DNA from: a bacterium
GTDB taxonomy: Bacteria > JAMOTN01
Assembly (NCBI GenBank): GCA_027062325.1
Contig: JAMOTN010000018.1
Location: 1 to 46,158 of the forward strand
Direction of reading: 5' to 3'
DNA length: 46,158 nucleotides
In this document: piece by piece, positions 1 through 10,579 of the stretch
Layout: each line of letters begins with the position of its first letter
Numbering within the stretch: the stretch's first letter is position 1
The notes under the pieces: model-generated
Seen by the model: only the letters and a program-made list of their open reading frames with translations
What the model was told of the DNA's origin: nothing
Database searches by the model: none
Translations under genes and position numbers: made by a program

Positions 1-417
1 AACATGAACAATACTGAAATTTCTGATTTTTTTAAACTTAACTGGGATGCAAAGGTTTCAAGTCTTGGAATGAACGCTTCATATAAAATGCGTGACGTTT
101 GGAATCTCACAGCTTCTGGAAACCTGAATCCCGAGGATCTTTCGTTTCACAGTATGTCACTCAAATTTTCAACACGTTTGAACAACAGCTTTTATTGGCG
201 CTCGTCTATGAATGTAAATCTTACTTACAACTTTGATGAAAGCGAATTAACAAATGCTATAATCACATATCAAAAGCGTCTACACTGCATGTATTTGAAT
301 CTGCACTTTAATATCAAAGCCAAGGAATATTACTTCACAATTGGAATTGGAGCTATGGATAAAGCCTACCTGAAATACGGTTGGTCAGAATCCGAAGGTT
401 TTCATAAAGTTAGATAA
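1..417 (+). CDS. C-terminal part of an outer-membrane beta-barrel protein, LptD/OstA-like (5' end outside window)
   Basis: Frame is open from position 1. Alternating beta-strand pattern; C-terminal 'YQKRLHCMYLNL..YYFTIGI' resembles the RDLHCW-type end of LptD-like proteins. Confidence 0.5.
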   Translation, partial: NMNNTEISDFFKLNWDAKVSSLGMNASYKMRDVWNLTASGNLNPEDLSFHSMSLKFSTRLNNSFYWRSSMNVNLTYNFDESELTNAIITYQKRLHCMYLNLHFNIKAKEYYFTIGIGAMDKAYLKYGWSESEGFHKVR

Positions 418-450
418 TAGATATCCAACTCAGGCTGGTTAGCAAACAAA

Positions 451-1410
451 TCAAATTATTTTCAACAACTTTGCCATTATCAAAACAAACAAGACTGAAT
501 CCAGCCTATCGAGCACACCACCGTGCTCTCCTAAAATACGAGACGAATCTTTTACCCCATACTTTCTTTTAAATGACGACTCAAATAAATCTCCTGCAAT
601 AGCTGCAATAGCAATTAAAGGAGCATGCCACAAGCTACTTATAAACCCTGCCTTTATAACCCACCATTCAACCACTACCCAAACAACACTTCCCACTACA
701 AAACCCGCAAGCGTCCCTTCCAAAGTTTTATTTGGAGAAGCTGGAAACAATCCTCTTCTCTTTCCAAAATACTTCCCCGTGTAATAAGCACTTATATCAA
801 TCAACCACACCGTAACTAAAATAGCAATCAACTTTAAAGGAGACACAAAGCTAGCCCAAAACACAGGCAAAACCACCCATGAAAAAACAACCAAAAACCA
901 CTCTTTAAAATCATTTATATACGCCATAAAAGTAGCTGTTATAAGCAACCCCAATAGAAGCAACGAATAACTTCTCATAGCAACTCCTGCCACCACAAAC
1001 AAAGAAAAGAACAGTATCTCCAGCGCATCGAACCGTGTAGTTGTAACAGCTTCCGTCTCCTTTCCAACCTCTAATCCATCTCTATTCATAATTCTTTTTA
1101 TCTCATACGAAGCCACCGCTGCTACTAACCCCAAAAATAAGCGCCACAACAACCCTCCAATACTCAACAAAATGGCAATAACTGCAATCCCTATAACAGC
1201 TACAGCAACCCTGCCACTTAAAATCTCAAAAATGCGCTTTGAAACATGTCTTGAAAAAGAAAAAGCCTGCGAATTAGAGACCTCACCTTGACCACGCTCT
1301 ACATCCTTGGCTTCTGGAAACTTTTCCTGCCCCTCATCCCTCAAATTCACCCTATCAAGCGTTTCCCTATCCCTCTGATCATTTAATCCATCATCTTTTT
1401 CCTTTTTCAT
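451..1410 (-). CDS. cdsA: Phosphatidate cytidylyltransferase with a charged N-terminal extension
   Basis: Motifs SPNKTLEG, GDLFESSFKR..GVKDS..ILGEHGGVLDRLDS; follows uppS. Start moved to ATG 1410 behind SD GAGGTG. Confidence 0.95.
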   Translation of the reverse strand: MKKEKDDGLNDQRDRETLDRVNLRDEGQEKFPEAKDVERGQGEVSNSQAFSFSRHVSKRIFEILSGRVAVAVIGIAVIAILLSIGGLLWRLFLGLVAAVASYEIKRIMNRDGLEVGKETEAVTTTRFDALEILFFSLFVVAGVAMRSYSLLLLGLLITATFMAYINDFKEWFLVVFSWVVLPVFWASFVSPLKLIAILVTVWLIDISAYYTGKYFGKRRGLFPASPNKTLEGTLAGFVVGSVVWVVVEWWVIKAGFISSLWHAPLIAIAAIAGDLFESSFKRKYGVKDSSRILGEHGGVLDRLDSVLFVLIMAKLLKII

Positions 1411-1432
1411 CAGCTTCACCTCACTCTAAACT

Positions 1433-2209
1433 CTATCCACCAAAATTACGCTTCTGTCGACTAAACCATATCAAAGCCTGTTCAAACTCTTCTTCACTAA
1501 ACTCATACCACGGTCTCTCTGTAAAGTAAATCTCTGCATAAGCACTTTGCCACAACATAAAACCACTTAAACGCTTCATACCACCCGTCCTTATCAAAAG
1601 ATCAAGTTTAGGCACCATTAATTTTTCCTCTACTATCCTTTCTGCCTTCTTCAGGAGCAAAACATCTTGTTTCGCATCTGCCTCTCTCAAAATATCAGAA
1701 ATTTTACTCGTCTTATCCAATACCGCTTTCATTATCTCCACTCGCGACGAGTAGTTAAAGGCTAAAAAAAGCTGCATTTTAACACTAGATGGCCTCTTCT
1801 TCTCAGCTGCTTTTATCAAACCCACAAGCTCTATTGGCAAACCAATTAACTCTCCCAAGTGGCGCACCCATATTCCACGCTTCACAAAGTCAAGCAGAAA
1901 TCGCTCAAAAACCTTCCGTAACTGAGAAAAAATAAACTTTACTTCTAAAGAACTACGTCGCCAATTTTCAAGTGAGAAGGCATACAAGACCAATCTCTTT
2001 ACCCCGATTTCGCAAGCTTTCATAGCAATTTTCCTTGCTCTTTCTACACCCGCAACGTGACCTAGGTATGAAAAAGCGCCACGCTTCCTCGCCCAACGCC
2101 TATTTCCATCCATTATTATGCCAACTGAGAAATCCGGTGGTACCTCAAGTTTTAAATCTTCACTGTCCCTTAAGTCAGTCAAATTAATAGGCTGCTCCGC
2201 TCTCTTCAC
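1433..2209 (-). CDS. uppS: Undecaprenyl diphosphate synthase (cis-isoprenyl transferase)
   Basis: IIMDGNRRWA, YAFSLENWRR, DLLIRTGG..RLSGFMLWQSAYAE; synteny frr-uppS-cdsA. Confidence 0.97.
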   Translation of the reverse strand: MKRAEQPINLTDLRDSEDLKLEVPPDFSVGIIMDGNRRWARKRGAFSYLGHVAGVERARKIAMKACEIGVKRLVLYAFSLENWRRSSLEVKFIFSQLRKVFERFLLDFVKRGIWVRHLGELIGLPIELVGLIKAAEKKRPSSVKMQLFLAFNYSSRVEIMKAVLDKTSKISDILREADAKQDVLLLKKAERIVEEKLMVPKLDLLIRTGGMKRLSGFMLWQSAYAEIYFTERPWYEFSEEEFEQALIWFSRQKRNFGG

Positions 2210-2757
2210 AAACTCATTACCTCTTTCTCTTTATCCTCTGCCATCTTGTTAATCATTCCAATGTGCTTGTCTGTCAACTTCTGTATCTCCTCTTCAAGTC
2301 TCTTTGCATCATCCTCAGGTATCTCTCCATCTTTTTTAGCCTTCTTAACTTCATCCATTGCATCTCTTCTCACAGCACGAACTCTTATACGTGCCTCCTC
2401 TGCCTTTTTACCTATGAGCTTTGCTATCTCTTTTCTTCTCTCCTCCGTAAGATCCGGAAACTTAAGTCTGATCTTTTCACCCTCAACCATTGGATTGACA
2501 TTCAAATCACTTTCTCTTATTGCTTTGACGATATCACCCATAACAGACTTATCGTAAGGCTGTAAAACAACAGTCTTAGCATCAATTATGTTTATGCTTG
2601 CAACATGCGGAAGTGGAGTAGGAGCCCCCCAGTAATTCACCTTTATATTTTCAAACATCACAGAAGTGACACGCCCTGCTCTTACTCTCATCATCTCATC
2701 CTCAAACTTCTTTACCTCCTCTTTCATTTCAGCCTCTACCTGCTTAAGATCCACCAT
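2206..2757 (-). CDS. frr: Ribosome recycling factor
   Basis: RAGR, PDLTEERRKE, RAVRRDA motifs; synteny. Start at ATG 2757 behind a G-rich SD. Confidence 0.97.
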   Translation of the reverse strand: MVDLKQVEAEMKEEVKKFEDEMMRVRAGRVTSVMFENIKVNYWGAPTPLPHVASINIIDAKTVVLQPYDKSVMGDIVKAIRESDLNVNPMVEGEKIRLKFPDLTEERRKEIAKLIGKKAEEARIRVRAVRRDAMDEVKKAKKDGEIPEDDAKRLEEEIQKLTDKHIGMINKMAEDKEKEVMSL

Positions 2758-2786
2758 ATCCAATCCCCCCTTGTTTTCGAAGCTAA

Positions 2787-3470
2787 CTATGCCTTTACAA
2801 CACTGTATTTCACTTTTCCTTCAAGCAGTAATTTTAAATTCTCAAGTCTAGTTCCATTAAATATTCTTATCTCAAGCTTATTTTCGCGCGCAAGTTCAAA
2901 TGCTACTATATCCATCACATTCAACCTTTTTGCTATAACCTCCTTATAAGTAGCCTGAGGTATAAACTCAGCACTTGGATCCCTTTCGGGATCAGCCGTG
3001 TACAAACCATCTACCTTGGTTCCTTTAGCAAGAAAATCAACTCCCAACTGAACAGCCCTTATCACAGAAACAGTATCAGTTGTAAACATTGGATTTCCTG
3101 TACCACCCGCAAATATGAGTATCTTATCATTAATCTTAACTCTGCCCTCAACAGGATCAAATCGCCGTGCAAAACCTGCAACATCAAAAGGAGCATAGAC
3201 AAGTGCTTTATCCTCTCCAGAAATTTCAAATATTGCATTGTATAGTGCTCGCGCATTAACAAAAGTTGCCATCATTCCAACTTCATCTGCCAAAACCTTG
3301 TTGTGCCAAGAACGCCCACGCGCAATGTTCCCCGCACCAAGCACAACTGCTACCTCATTATTCTCACTAAGCTTTAACAAAACTTCTGCCATAGAATAAA
3401 CCTTATCCTCAACAAGAGCTTTACTTTCATCCGATAAAAGCTCCCCAGATAACTTAAAAAGTACTCGCAT
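2787..3470 (-). CDS. pyrH: UMP kinase
   Basis: KLSGE, GAGNIARG, GTGNPMFTTD, VDGLYTADP. Confidence 0.97.
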   Translation of the reverse strand: MRVLFKLSGELLSDESKALVEDKVYSMAEVLLKLSENNEVAVVLGAGNIARGRSWHNKVLADEVGMMATFVNARALYNAIFEISGEDKALVYAPFDVAGFARRFDPVEGRVKINDKILIFAGGTGNPMFTTDTVSVIRAVQLGVDFLAKGTKVDGLYTADPERDPSAEFIPQATYKEVIAKRLNVMDIVAFELARENKLEIRIFNGTRLENLKLLLEGKVKYSVVKA

Positions 3471-3548
3471 CCTCTACACCCCACCCAAACAACAGTTAAA
3501 ATTACCTTTAGGTTACGCAGACCTATTAACAACAAAGCATCAAGGTAT

Positions 3549-3582
3549 AAAAAAAGCTCCCCCAGGCTAGGAGAAGCTTTTT
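3549..3582 (-). terminator. Rho-independent terminator downstream of tsf
   Basis: Minus strand AGCTTCTCC-TAGCCT-GGGGGAGCT followed by T7; a T-run also follows the hairpin on the plus strand. Confidence 0.75.
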
Positions 3583-3644
3583 ACAAGCTTGGAATATTCT
3601 TCCCACCTGAGGGAGCACCACTTTTTTCTCTCCTCGAAACTCAG

Positions 3645-4484
3645 TCACACTTTTAAGTAAGAAAACTTGATAACCTCCATCTTTTCACCTAACTCTTTTC
3701 CTTTCTTATCAATATATTGGGCTATCTTCATATTTTCCCATCCATGCTCTTGCTCCAAGAAGCAAATCTGCCCCAGAGTTTTCCTCACACGCCCTTCAAT
3801 TATCTTATCTTTTACATGATCAGGCTTATTCTTTAGATCATCAGCAGCTGCCGCAATTTCCTTCTCCTTTTCAATAAGTTCTGCAGGAATCTCAGAAAAT
3901 TTAAGATACTTTGGTTCATTTGCAGCAACCTGAACTGCAAGCTCTTTCGCAAACTGCTTGAGTTCTTCTACTTTCTCACCAGGCTCTGCCTTTATACTCA
4001 AAGCAACAACCATCTTTCCATTCATATGATCGTAAATCGCAGTTATTCCTTCTTTCTCATAGTAAACATATCCTGCAAGCTTCATATTTTCCCCAATTTT
4101 TCCAATGAACTCTTGAAGCTTCTGAGAAACAGTTGTTCCATCCCACTCTGCATTTTCAAGCTCTTCCAAAGTCTTAACTCCCTTATCAAGTGCAATTTCT
4201 GCAAGCTTCTTAGTGAAGTTCACAAACTCTTCATTACGGGCAACAAAGTCTGTCTCACAAGTAAGAAGGACCATACTCACCGCATTGTCATTCTCCGCAT
4301 AAGAAACTCTTCCCTCTTTAGTTTCACGATCTGCTTTCTTAGCTGCCTTAGCAATACCTTTTTTGCGTAATATCTCAATCGCCTTCTCAATATCCCCACT
4401 TGCTTCCTCCAAAGCTTTTTTACAATCAGTAATTCCTGCTCCAGTACGTGCACGCAACTCCTTTATCAACTTAAGATCAGCCAT
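3645..4484 (-). CDS. tsf: Elongation factor Ts
   Basis: IKELRARTGAGITDCKKAL and CETDFVA. Start at ATG 4484 behind SD GGAGG. Confidence 0.98.
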   Translation of the reverse strand: MADLKLIKELRARTGAGITDCKKALEEASGDIEKAIEILRKKGIAKAAKKADRETKEGRVSYAENDNAVSMVLLTCETDFVARNEEFVNFTKKLAEIALDKGVKTLEELENAEWDGTTVSQKLQEFIGKIGENMKLAGYVYYEKEGITAIYDHMNGKMVVALSIKAEPGEKVEELKQFAKELAVQVAANEPKYLKFSEIPAELIEKEKEIAAAADDLKNKPDHVKDKIIEGRVRKTLGQICFLEQEHGWENMKIAQYIDKKGKELGEKMEVIKFSYLKV

Positions 4485-4519
4485 TTTTCTCCCTCCTTCT
4501 CCCAACTGTTATAACCACT

Positions 4520-5323
4520 CTATTGAGCACTCCCAGCCTCTGCCGTCTTAAATCTCCTTCTTCTTGGACGAGCTTCCTGTTCCTCATTAACAGCCGCTTC
4601 TTTACCTTCAGTTTCAGCTTCTTCCCTTTCTTCTCCTCTTATACGAAGCCCCTCCTCAACTGCATCAGCTATCACTGAAGTTATAAGTTTAATCGAACGA
4701 ATAGCATCGTCGTTCCCAGGAATTACATAATCAATTGGATCAGGATCACAGTTCGTATCGACTATTGCAACTACTGGTATTCCAAGCCTATTAGCCTCTG
4801 CAACAGCAATTGCCTCTTTGCGCGGATCTACAATAAATATGACGTCCGGGAGCCTCTTCATATCGCGAATTCCACCTAAGTTTCTCTCAAGTTTCTGACG
4901 CTCCCTCTCCAAACGTGATACTTCCTTTTTAGGAAGCAACTCATAAGTTCCACTCTCTTTCATATCCTCAAGCTCTTTTAAGCGATTTATACGACTCGCA
5001 ATAGTTGTAAAGTTTGTAAGCATTCCACCAAGCCAACGGTGATTAACATAGTACATTCCACAACGTGTTGCCTCTTCCTTTATAACTTCCTGTGCCTGTT
5101 TCTTAGTTCCAACAAACAAAACTATTCCTCCATCTGCCACTGTGTCACGAACAAAGTTGTAGGCTACAGTGAGAAGACGCAAAGTTTCCTGCAAGTTTAT
5201 TATGTAGATTCCATTGCGCTGGCTAAAAATATAGCGCTTCATTTTAGGATTCCAGCGTCTCTTCTGGTGTCCGAAGTGAACACCTGCTTCCAATAACTGC
5301 TTCATCGTCACCGGTGCTTTCAT
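4520..5323 (-). CDS. rpsB: 30S ribosomal protein S2
   Basis: [38 protein letters not shown]. Confidence 0.99.
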   Translation of the reverse strand: MKAPVTMKQLLEAGVHFGHQKRRWNPKMKRYIFSQRNGIYIINLQETLRLLTVAYNFVRDTVADGGIVLFVGTKKQAQEVIKEEATRCGMYYVNHRWLGGMLTNFTTIASRINRLKELEDMKESGTYELLPKKEVSRLERERQKLERNLGGIRDMKRLPDVIFIVDPRKEAIAVAEANRLGIPVVAIVDTNCDPDPIDYVIPGNDDAIRSIKLITSVIADAVEEGLRIRGEEREEAETEGKEAAVNEEQEARPRRRRFKTAEAGSAQ

Positions 5324-5338
5324 AACAAACCCCTCCTT

Positions 5339-5415
5339 CTGGTTATTCCTCCATCTCCTTCACCTCAAGGACGCACCTTTTATAGGCACCACGTCCCTGA
5401 TCCGGAGATGTGAGT
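5339..5415 (-). ncRNA. rpsB leader (t44-like S2 autoregulatory RNA)
   Basis: Directly 5' of the rpsB SD. Outer stem CATCTCC/GGAGATG (5404-5410 with 5352-5358), inner stem TCAGGGACG/CGTCCTTGA, internal GGTGC and trailing TGGAGG..AACC as in t44 leaders. Confidence 0.75.
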
Positions 5416-5465
5416 CGCTCTCCCGGTCTTATGGTGCCGGGCCACCTAAATCATCCTATCAGCGC

Positions 5466-5558
5466 TTATTTCTTGCTTTTGTATCTATTCTTTCTGCGCC
5501 TCTTTCTCAGTTTATGCTTGTTCATCTTTCTCTTTCTTCTCTTTCTTCCACAAGGCAC
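5466..5558 (-). CDS. 30-aa basic ribosomal protein of the bS22 / AURKAIP1-COX24 (mS38-like) family
   Basis: Hand translation MPCGRKRRKRKMNKHKLRKRRRKNRYKSKK; GTG start with SD AAGGAGG; upstream of rpsB. Below the ORF track length cutoff. Confidence 0.88.
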   Translation of the reverse strand: MPCGRKRRKRKMNKHKLRKRRRKNRYKSKK

Positions 5559-5654
5559 AGCTCATCCCTCCTTTTACAAAGTATGAAACACTTCTTATGT
5601 TAACACATTCACACACAAATCACCAAATTTCGAAATCAAAACTCAAACCTTCTT

Positions 5655-6533
5655 TCAAGCCATTTTCTCCATTTCTTCACTTAAAACCTTTTCTGGATCC
5701 TCTCCGAGCTCCTCTATCTGTTCTTTCAAATAGCGAGCCAAAAAACCGTCTTTATTAGCCAAGTAGTGATAAGACTTTTTAAAACTCTCAAGTGCCTCTT
5801 CCTTTCTTCCCATCTTGGCAAGAATTTCTCCACGAGTACACCAACCTGAAGCATAATCTGGCCTCAAGTAAACAGCTCTGCTTACAAGCTCCAAAGCTTT
5901 TTCATATTCTCCTAGTCTCATAAATGTATCTGCCAGATTATTTAAAATGTAAACATCATCCTCTGCCAATTCAAGAGCCTTACTGAAGTAATTGGCAGCA
6001 CTTATATAGTCTTCCATATTGTAATAAGTGTTTGCTAAGTTGTAGTAAATATCTGGATCTTCCCCCTTTATAGAAAGTGCCTTTTCAAAGTTTTCTATGG
6101 CTTTTTGATACTCTCCCTTGTTAGAGTAAGCAAGCCCCATATTGTTGTAAGCATCCGCATCATTTGGATTTAACACTAACAGCTTGGCATACGCCTCAAG
6201 CGCTCTATCGTACTCTCCCATACTCATATAACCAATTCCAATATTGAATATTGCCTTGACATTTGCACCACCAGAATGCTCATTTGCTTTCTGCCAGTAC
6301 TCCACTGCATCTTTGTAATTGCGTCTTTTGAATGCAACTCTCCCTAGCTGCATATATATATCTGGATTTGTATCATCGTAACGTAATGCCACATAAAATT
6401 CCTCTTCCGCCTGAGCATACTCTTTTAATTCCATGTACTTCTCACCAAGCTCGTAGTGAATCTTAGCAGCATCCTTCTTAAGCTCTTCCAACTCTCTCTC
6501 AATTACATCCCTTTCTTCACCCATCTTCCTCAT
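5655..6533 (-). CDS. Tetratricopeptide repeat protein
   Basis: About 6-7 TPR repeats (e.g. AYNNMGLAYSNKGEYQKAIENFEKAL). Confidence 0.9.
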   Translation of the reverse strand: MRKMGEERDVIERELEELKKDAAKIHYELGEKYMELKEYAQAEEEFYVALRYDDTNPDIYMQLGRVAFKRRNYKDAVEYWQKANEHSGGANVKAIFNIGIGYMSMGEYDRALEAYAKLLVLNPNDADAYNNMGLAYSNKGEYQKAIENFEKALSIKGEDPDIYYNLANTYYNMEDYISAANYFSKALELAEDDVYILNNLADTFMRLGEYEKALELVSRAVYLRPDYASGWCTRGEILAKMGRKEEALESFKKSYHYLANKDGFLARYLKEQIEELGEDPEKVLSEEMEKMA

Positions 6534-6569
6534 CCTCCATTCTTTTCTACTTAACTCAACAATCTTTTT

Positions 6570-8255
6570 CTATATAATAACAGGTTCAGTGTACTCTCCG
6601 TAAATATCTCGCAGACAATCACAAATTTCTCCAAGAGAAGCATACGCCTCAACTGCTTCAAGTATAGGATACATAACATTTTCTCCGCGCTCCGCAGCAT
6701 TTCTTACCTTTTCAAGAGCTTTCTTTACCCTCTCATTATCACGCTTTTTCTTTATCTCTTTAAGTCGAGCTATCTGTCTTTCACGAACACTTTCATCTAC
6801 TTTCAAAAGATTCTCTGGTGGCTTTTCATTCTCTATTCTATACTTATTAACACCAACTATTATCCTCTCACCATTCTCTACCTCGAGTTGATAACGGTAC
6901 GCTGAGTTCGCAATCTCCTGCTGAATGTAACCTGCTTCAATAGCCCTGACAGAACCTCCCATCTTCTCAATCTTATCAAGATACTCCCATACTCTCTTTT
7001 CTATCTCATTTGTCAAGTACTCAACGTACCAAGAGCCGCCCATTGGATCAACCGTCTTTACAACACCACTCTCCTCCGCAATTATCTGCTGGGTTCTCAA
7101 AGCTATGCGAACACTCTCTTCTGTTGGCAAAGCAAGCGCCTCATCATAAGAGTTTGTATGAAGCGACTGAGTTCCTCCAATCACTGCAGCCAATGCCTGG
7201 ATTGCAACACGCACAATATTATTAAGTGGCTGCTGTGCTGTGAGTGTACTTCCTCCCGTCTGAGTATGGAAGCGCAGCATCATACTCTTTGGATTGGTAG
7301 CACCAAACCTCTCCTTCATTATCCTTGCCCATATACGACGCGCAGCCCTGAACTTCGCAATCTCCTCAAAGAAGTCGTTATGAACAGCAAAGAAGAACGA
7401 TAGACGCGGTGCAAAGTCATCAACTGCTAATCCCTTTTCTATCGCCGCCTTAACGTACTCTATTGCATTTGCAAAGGTGAAAGCAAGCTCCTGTATCGCA
7501 GTTGAACCTGCCTCCCTTATGTGGTAACCTGAGATACTTATAGTGTTCCACTTGGGAACATTATCCTTACAAAATTCAAATATATCAGTAATTATTTTTA
7601 AACTTGGAGCCGGCGGAAATATATACGTCCCACGCGCCACGTACTCTTTAAGCACATCATTTTGTATAGTTCCTCTCAAAACTTTGGGATCCACTCCCTG
7701 CTTCTTTGCAACTGCTATGTACATAGCTAACAGCACAGAAGCTGTAGCATTTATAGTCATTGAAGTACTTACTTTATCAAGAGGTATTCCATCAAACAAA
7801 ACTTCCATATCTGCAAGTGTATCAACTGCAACTCCAACCTTCCCTACTTCTCCCTCTGCTAACTCATGATCCGAATCGTACCCTATTTGCGTTGGAAGAT
7901 CAAATGCAACAGACAAACCCATCTGTCCCTGTTCAAGTAGGTACTTATAACGTTTATTTGTCTCCTCTGCAGTTCCAAATCCTGCATACTGTCTCATCGT
8001 CCAGAGACGTCCTCGGTACATCGTAGGCTGAACTCCACGCACAAACGGCCACTGTCCAGGAAAATTCAAATCTTCGTATTCCAAATCCTCTACATCTGCG
8101 GGGGTATAGGTCCTTTTTACCGGAATAAAACTGTCAGTCAAAAACTCTTCTCTTCTTTCAGGAAAGCGCGAGATAACCTTTTGAACAGTTGTTTCTTCCC
8201 ATCTTTTCTCCTCTTCTCTTAACTTTTTTACCTCATCTGAGAAAATTTTAACCAC
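6570..8255 (-). CDS. Methylmalonyl-CoA mutase, catalytic (large) subunit of the split type
   Basis: [10 protein letters not shown] (Tyr), [15 protein letters not shown] (Arg), [27 protein letters not shown]; no fused B12-binding DxHxxG domain. Confidence 0.93.
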   Translation of the reverse strand: MVKIFSDEVKKLREEEKRWEETTVQKVISRFPERREEFLTDSFIPVKRTYTPADVEDLEYEDLNFPGQWPFVRGVQPTMYRGRLWTMRQYAGFGTAEETNKRYKYLLEQGQMGLSVAFDLPTQIGYDSDHELAEGEVGKVGVAVDTLADMEVLFDGIPLDKVSTSMTINATASVLLAMYIAVAKKQGVDPKVLRGTIQNDVLKEYVARGTYIFPPAPSLKIITDIFEFCKDNVPKWNTISISGYHIREAGSTAIQELAFTFANAIEYVKAAIEKGLAVDDFAPRLSFFFAVHNDFFEEIAKFRAARRIWARIMKERFGATNPKSMMLRFHTQTGGSTLTAQQPLNNIVRVAIQALAAVIGGTQSLHTNSYDEALALPTEESVRIALRTQQIIAEESGVVKTVDPMGGSWYVEYLTNEIEKRVWEYLDKIEKMGGSVRAIEAGYIQQEIANSAYRYQLEVENGERIIVGVNKYRIENEKPPENLLKVDESVRERQIARLKEIKKKRDNERVKKALEKVRNAAERGENVMYPILEAVEAYASLGEICDCLRDIYGEYTEPVII

Positions 8256-8309
8256 ACCTGCTCACCCCTTGAACTACAAAAGTTCACTTTTATTTATCAT
8301 ATCATATTA

Positions 8310-9824
8310 TCAAAGCAATTCCACAACCTTTCCAACCAAGGCACGTGGTGTGTGATCAACAATCTCCACTCTGACCTTAGCTAGGAACCCCAATCCCTTT
8401 TGAGGAATAAATATGACAGGGGGGTAGCTACCTAAAAACCGTGCAAAGCTTCCCTCTTTTGTTTCCTTTTCCACAACAGCATCAAAGATCGTTCCCGCAG
8501 GAAACACTTTTTTGATAAGCACTAAATCAATCTCCTTCCTTACACGCTCCCGGAAGCTGTGAATCACATTCTTCTTTAGCTTAGCAATTTTTAATCTCTT
8601 TGCCTCAACAAGCCTTGCTAATACACTCCCCTTTACAACCTGAACCTGCCTTATATTTATTCTCCTCACCTTGTATTGAGTAAGCTCTTTTAAAAAATCC
8701 AACAACTCATTCAAAGACTCAGTCGTCTGAAAAGGTAATCCCAAAAGCACGTTTATCCCAGCATAAATTTTGCCTTTCCCGTGTTCTTGAATCATAGCAA
8801 CCACTTTCAAAGCATCTTCTTTTCCAACCTTTAAATTGCACATCTTAACAACTTTTTCTGATACATCCTCTATCCCCAAAGCCAGCGTATCGTAAGGAGT
8901 GTTGTAAGTAGCAATTGCTTCTAAAGCCTTCACAGCCTCTGCTGGGAACAACTTAAATGTCAAAGGATTAGCATTATCACTGTGTATTACCTCAAACTTT
9001 AAATCATGCGCAGCCTCATAAAGCTTGGATACCGCATCAGGATTTGGACGATAAACCGCCTTACCCACATCTTCGCCTCCATACGCAAGTATATTTGCCT
9101 GCTTTCCAAAACGAATAGCTGCTAATCCCCCTCTCAACAACTCAAGTTCTCTTCTAACTGACTCAATACTTCGGAATTCAACCTTTCTCGGTTTTATCGA
9201 GTTTTCGCAATATATACAACTCGGTCTTTTATCACAACCGCGTGCTGTCTCAATCTCTGCAATAACATGTGGATAAAATGGGTGCAGTCTTGTAAAATCT
9301 GTATTTGCTCTCTCTAAAACTTTGTCCAGAATAGAAAAGTCCGTCTCACATTCGTAAAAACCGGGTCTATAATACGTCAAATCTCTGAAAAAATTGAAGA
9401 AAAACTCCTCAACATCTCCCCATACAACGTAATCCCAATCTTCGGTACTTACTCCAGAAACAAATTTTTTTCCTCTATCCGATGCAACTGCAAGAGGTCC
9501 TACAGCAATTTTGGTGTTATTTCTAAAATAACGCGCAATTTTTTTCAATTCCTTAGCATCAACGGGATATGCAGATAAATACCGTCCTGGAACAGTCGTT
9601 CCTCCCACAATAATCACTATTCCATACTGCTTTGCTGGAAAAACGCTTTTCAACTCTCCTGAATGAGCCAATCTTCTCCAAGTACAAACCGGTACGTACT
9701 CGTAATCTAAGCCGTAGTAATCCAAAACATACGCAATATATCTCACAGTAGCCGATATATAAGGAGGAACCCCGAGTTCCGTGGGAGTATCAATATAACC
9801 ATCTAACAACAATACCGGTTTCAA
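8310..9824 (-). CDS. Radical SAM protein (COG1031/TM1601-like) with a C-terminal TRAM-like domain
   Basis: N-terminal LDGYIDTPTELGVPPYI; ETARGCDKRPSCIYC (CX5CX2C); RRINIRQV; ARFLGSYP. Confidence 0.8.
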   Translation of the reverse strand: MKPVLLLDGYIDTPTELGVPPYISATVRYIAYVLDYYGLDYEYVPVCTWRRLAHSGELKSVFPAKQYGIVIIVGGTTVPGRYLSAYPVDAKELKKIARYFRNNTKIAVGPLAVASDRGKKFVSGVSTEDWDYVVWGDVEEFFFNFFRDLTYYRPGFYECETDFSILDKVLERANTDFTRLHPFYPHVIAEIETARGCDKRPSCIYCENSIKPRKVEFRSIESVRRELELLRGGLAAIRFGKQANILAYGGEDVGKAVYRPNPDAVSKLYEAAHDLKFEVIHSDNANPLTFKLFPAEAVKALEAIATYNTPYDTLALGIEDVSEKVVKMCNLKVGKEDALKVVAMIQEHGKGKIYAGINVLLGLPFQTTESLNELLDFLKELTQYKVRRINIRQVQVVKGSVLARLVEAKRLKIAKLKKNVIHSFRERVRKEIDLVLIKKVFPAGTIFDAVVEKETKEGSFARFLGSYPPVIFIPQKGLGFLAKVRVEIVDHTPRALVGKVVELL

Positions 9825-10579
9825 AGCTGCCCTTTCACCTCAGTCGCAAACTCTTTTATCCAGCGCAGTATATACGGTCCTGGACGTGTAAGCCCTTTAA
9901 CAATCTCCTCACTAAAAGTCAAAACCTTACCAACATAACTCCACCTCTTATCAGGAGCTCCTTCACCAAGATACAACACCACATCTGGCTTCAATCTAAG
10001 TGCTTCTTCAAACGATATTCTCCTCCAACCACTATTACTAAAAGCATTCTCAAATCCACAAAGTTCGCAAACGTCATCTAAAAACGTACTAACTCCCGCT
10101 ACATAGATTGGATCCTGCCAAATAACAATAAGTGCTTTTTTATTCTTTCCTATTCCCATAACTTGCCTTCTCACCATCAAGTAATTTTTAAGCCATCCTT
10201 TTACTATCGAATCAGCTACATATTCAGAAAAGTAAAGCTTTAAAAGTTTTAAATTTGAATAGACATCCGCAATCTTATCCTGCTTCAAAGGAATCAATAT
10301 CCTCTTTTTAATACGCTCTGGAATCTTCACAGCTCCATCTACATAAACTATGTAATCCCCTGAAGCATAGATCTTCTCCCAGTCATAAGGAAGTTTGAGC
10401 TGTGCGTAAGAAACAAACTTTTTCAAACCGCAGTAGTTAAGGTAATCCAAAGCTGCAGGTGTAACTGCAACAATTCTAGGATTCTTTGAAGCAGATTTTG
10501 CACCAACATGAAGTATCAGCATCAACAAAGTAAGCAATAAAAGTGATCTAAACCCAGCTATAAACTTGAAAATTCTCAT
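9821..10579 (-). CDS. BtuF-like (cobalamin/iron-chelate) periplasmic binding protein
   Basis: Signal peptide, PRIVAVTP, WQDPIYVAG..TFLDD..GFEN, LTRPGP. Confidence 0.75.
   Translation of the reverse strand: MRIFKFIAGFRSLLLLTLLMLILHVGAKSASKNPRIVAVTPAALDYLNYCGLKKFVSYAQLKLPYDWEKIYASGDYIVYVDGAVKIPERIKKRILIPLKQDKIADVYSNLKLLKLYFSEYVADSIVKGWLKNYLMVRRQVMGIGKNKKALIVIWQDPIYVAGVSTFLDDVCELCGFENAFSNSGWRRISFEEALRLKPDVVLYLGEGAPDKRWSYVGKVLTFSEEIVKGLTRPGPYILRWIKEFATEVKGQL

Noticed and set aside
3471-3644. Short ORF (MVLPQVGRIF...) crossing the tsf terminator, possible leader peptide for pyrH
   Set aside because: No recognisable features, and the region is explained by the terminator.
8256-8309. Cobalamin riboswitch upstream of the mutase or btuF-like gene
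   Set aside because: Gaps are 54 bp or less, with no B12-box motifs.
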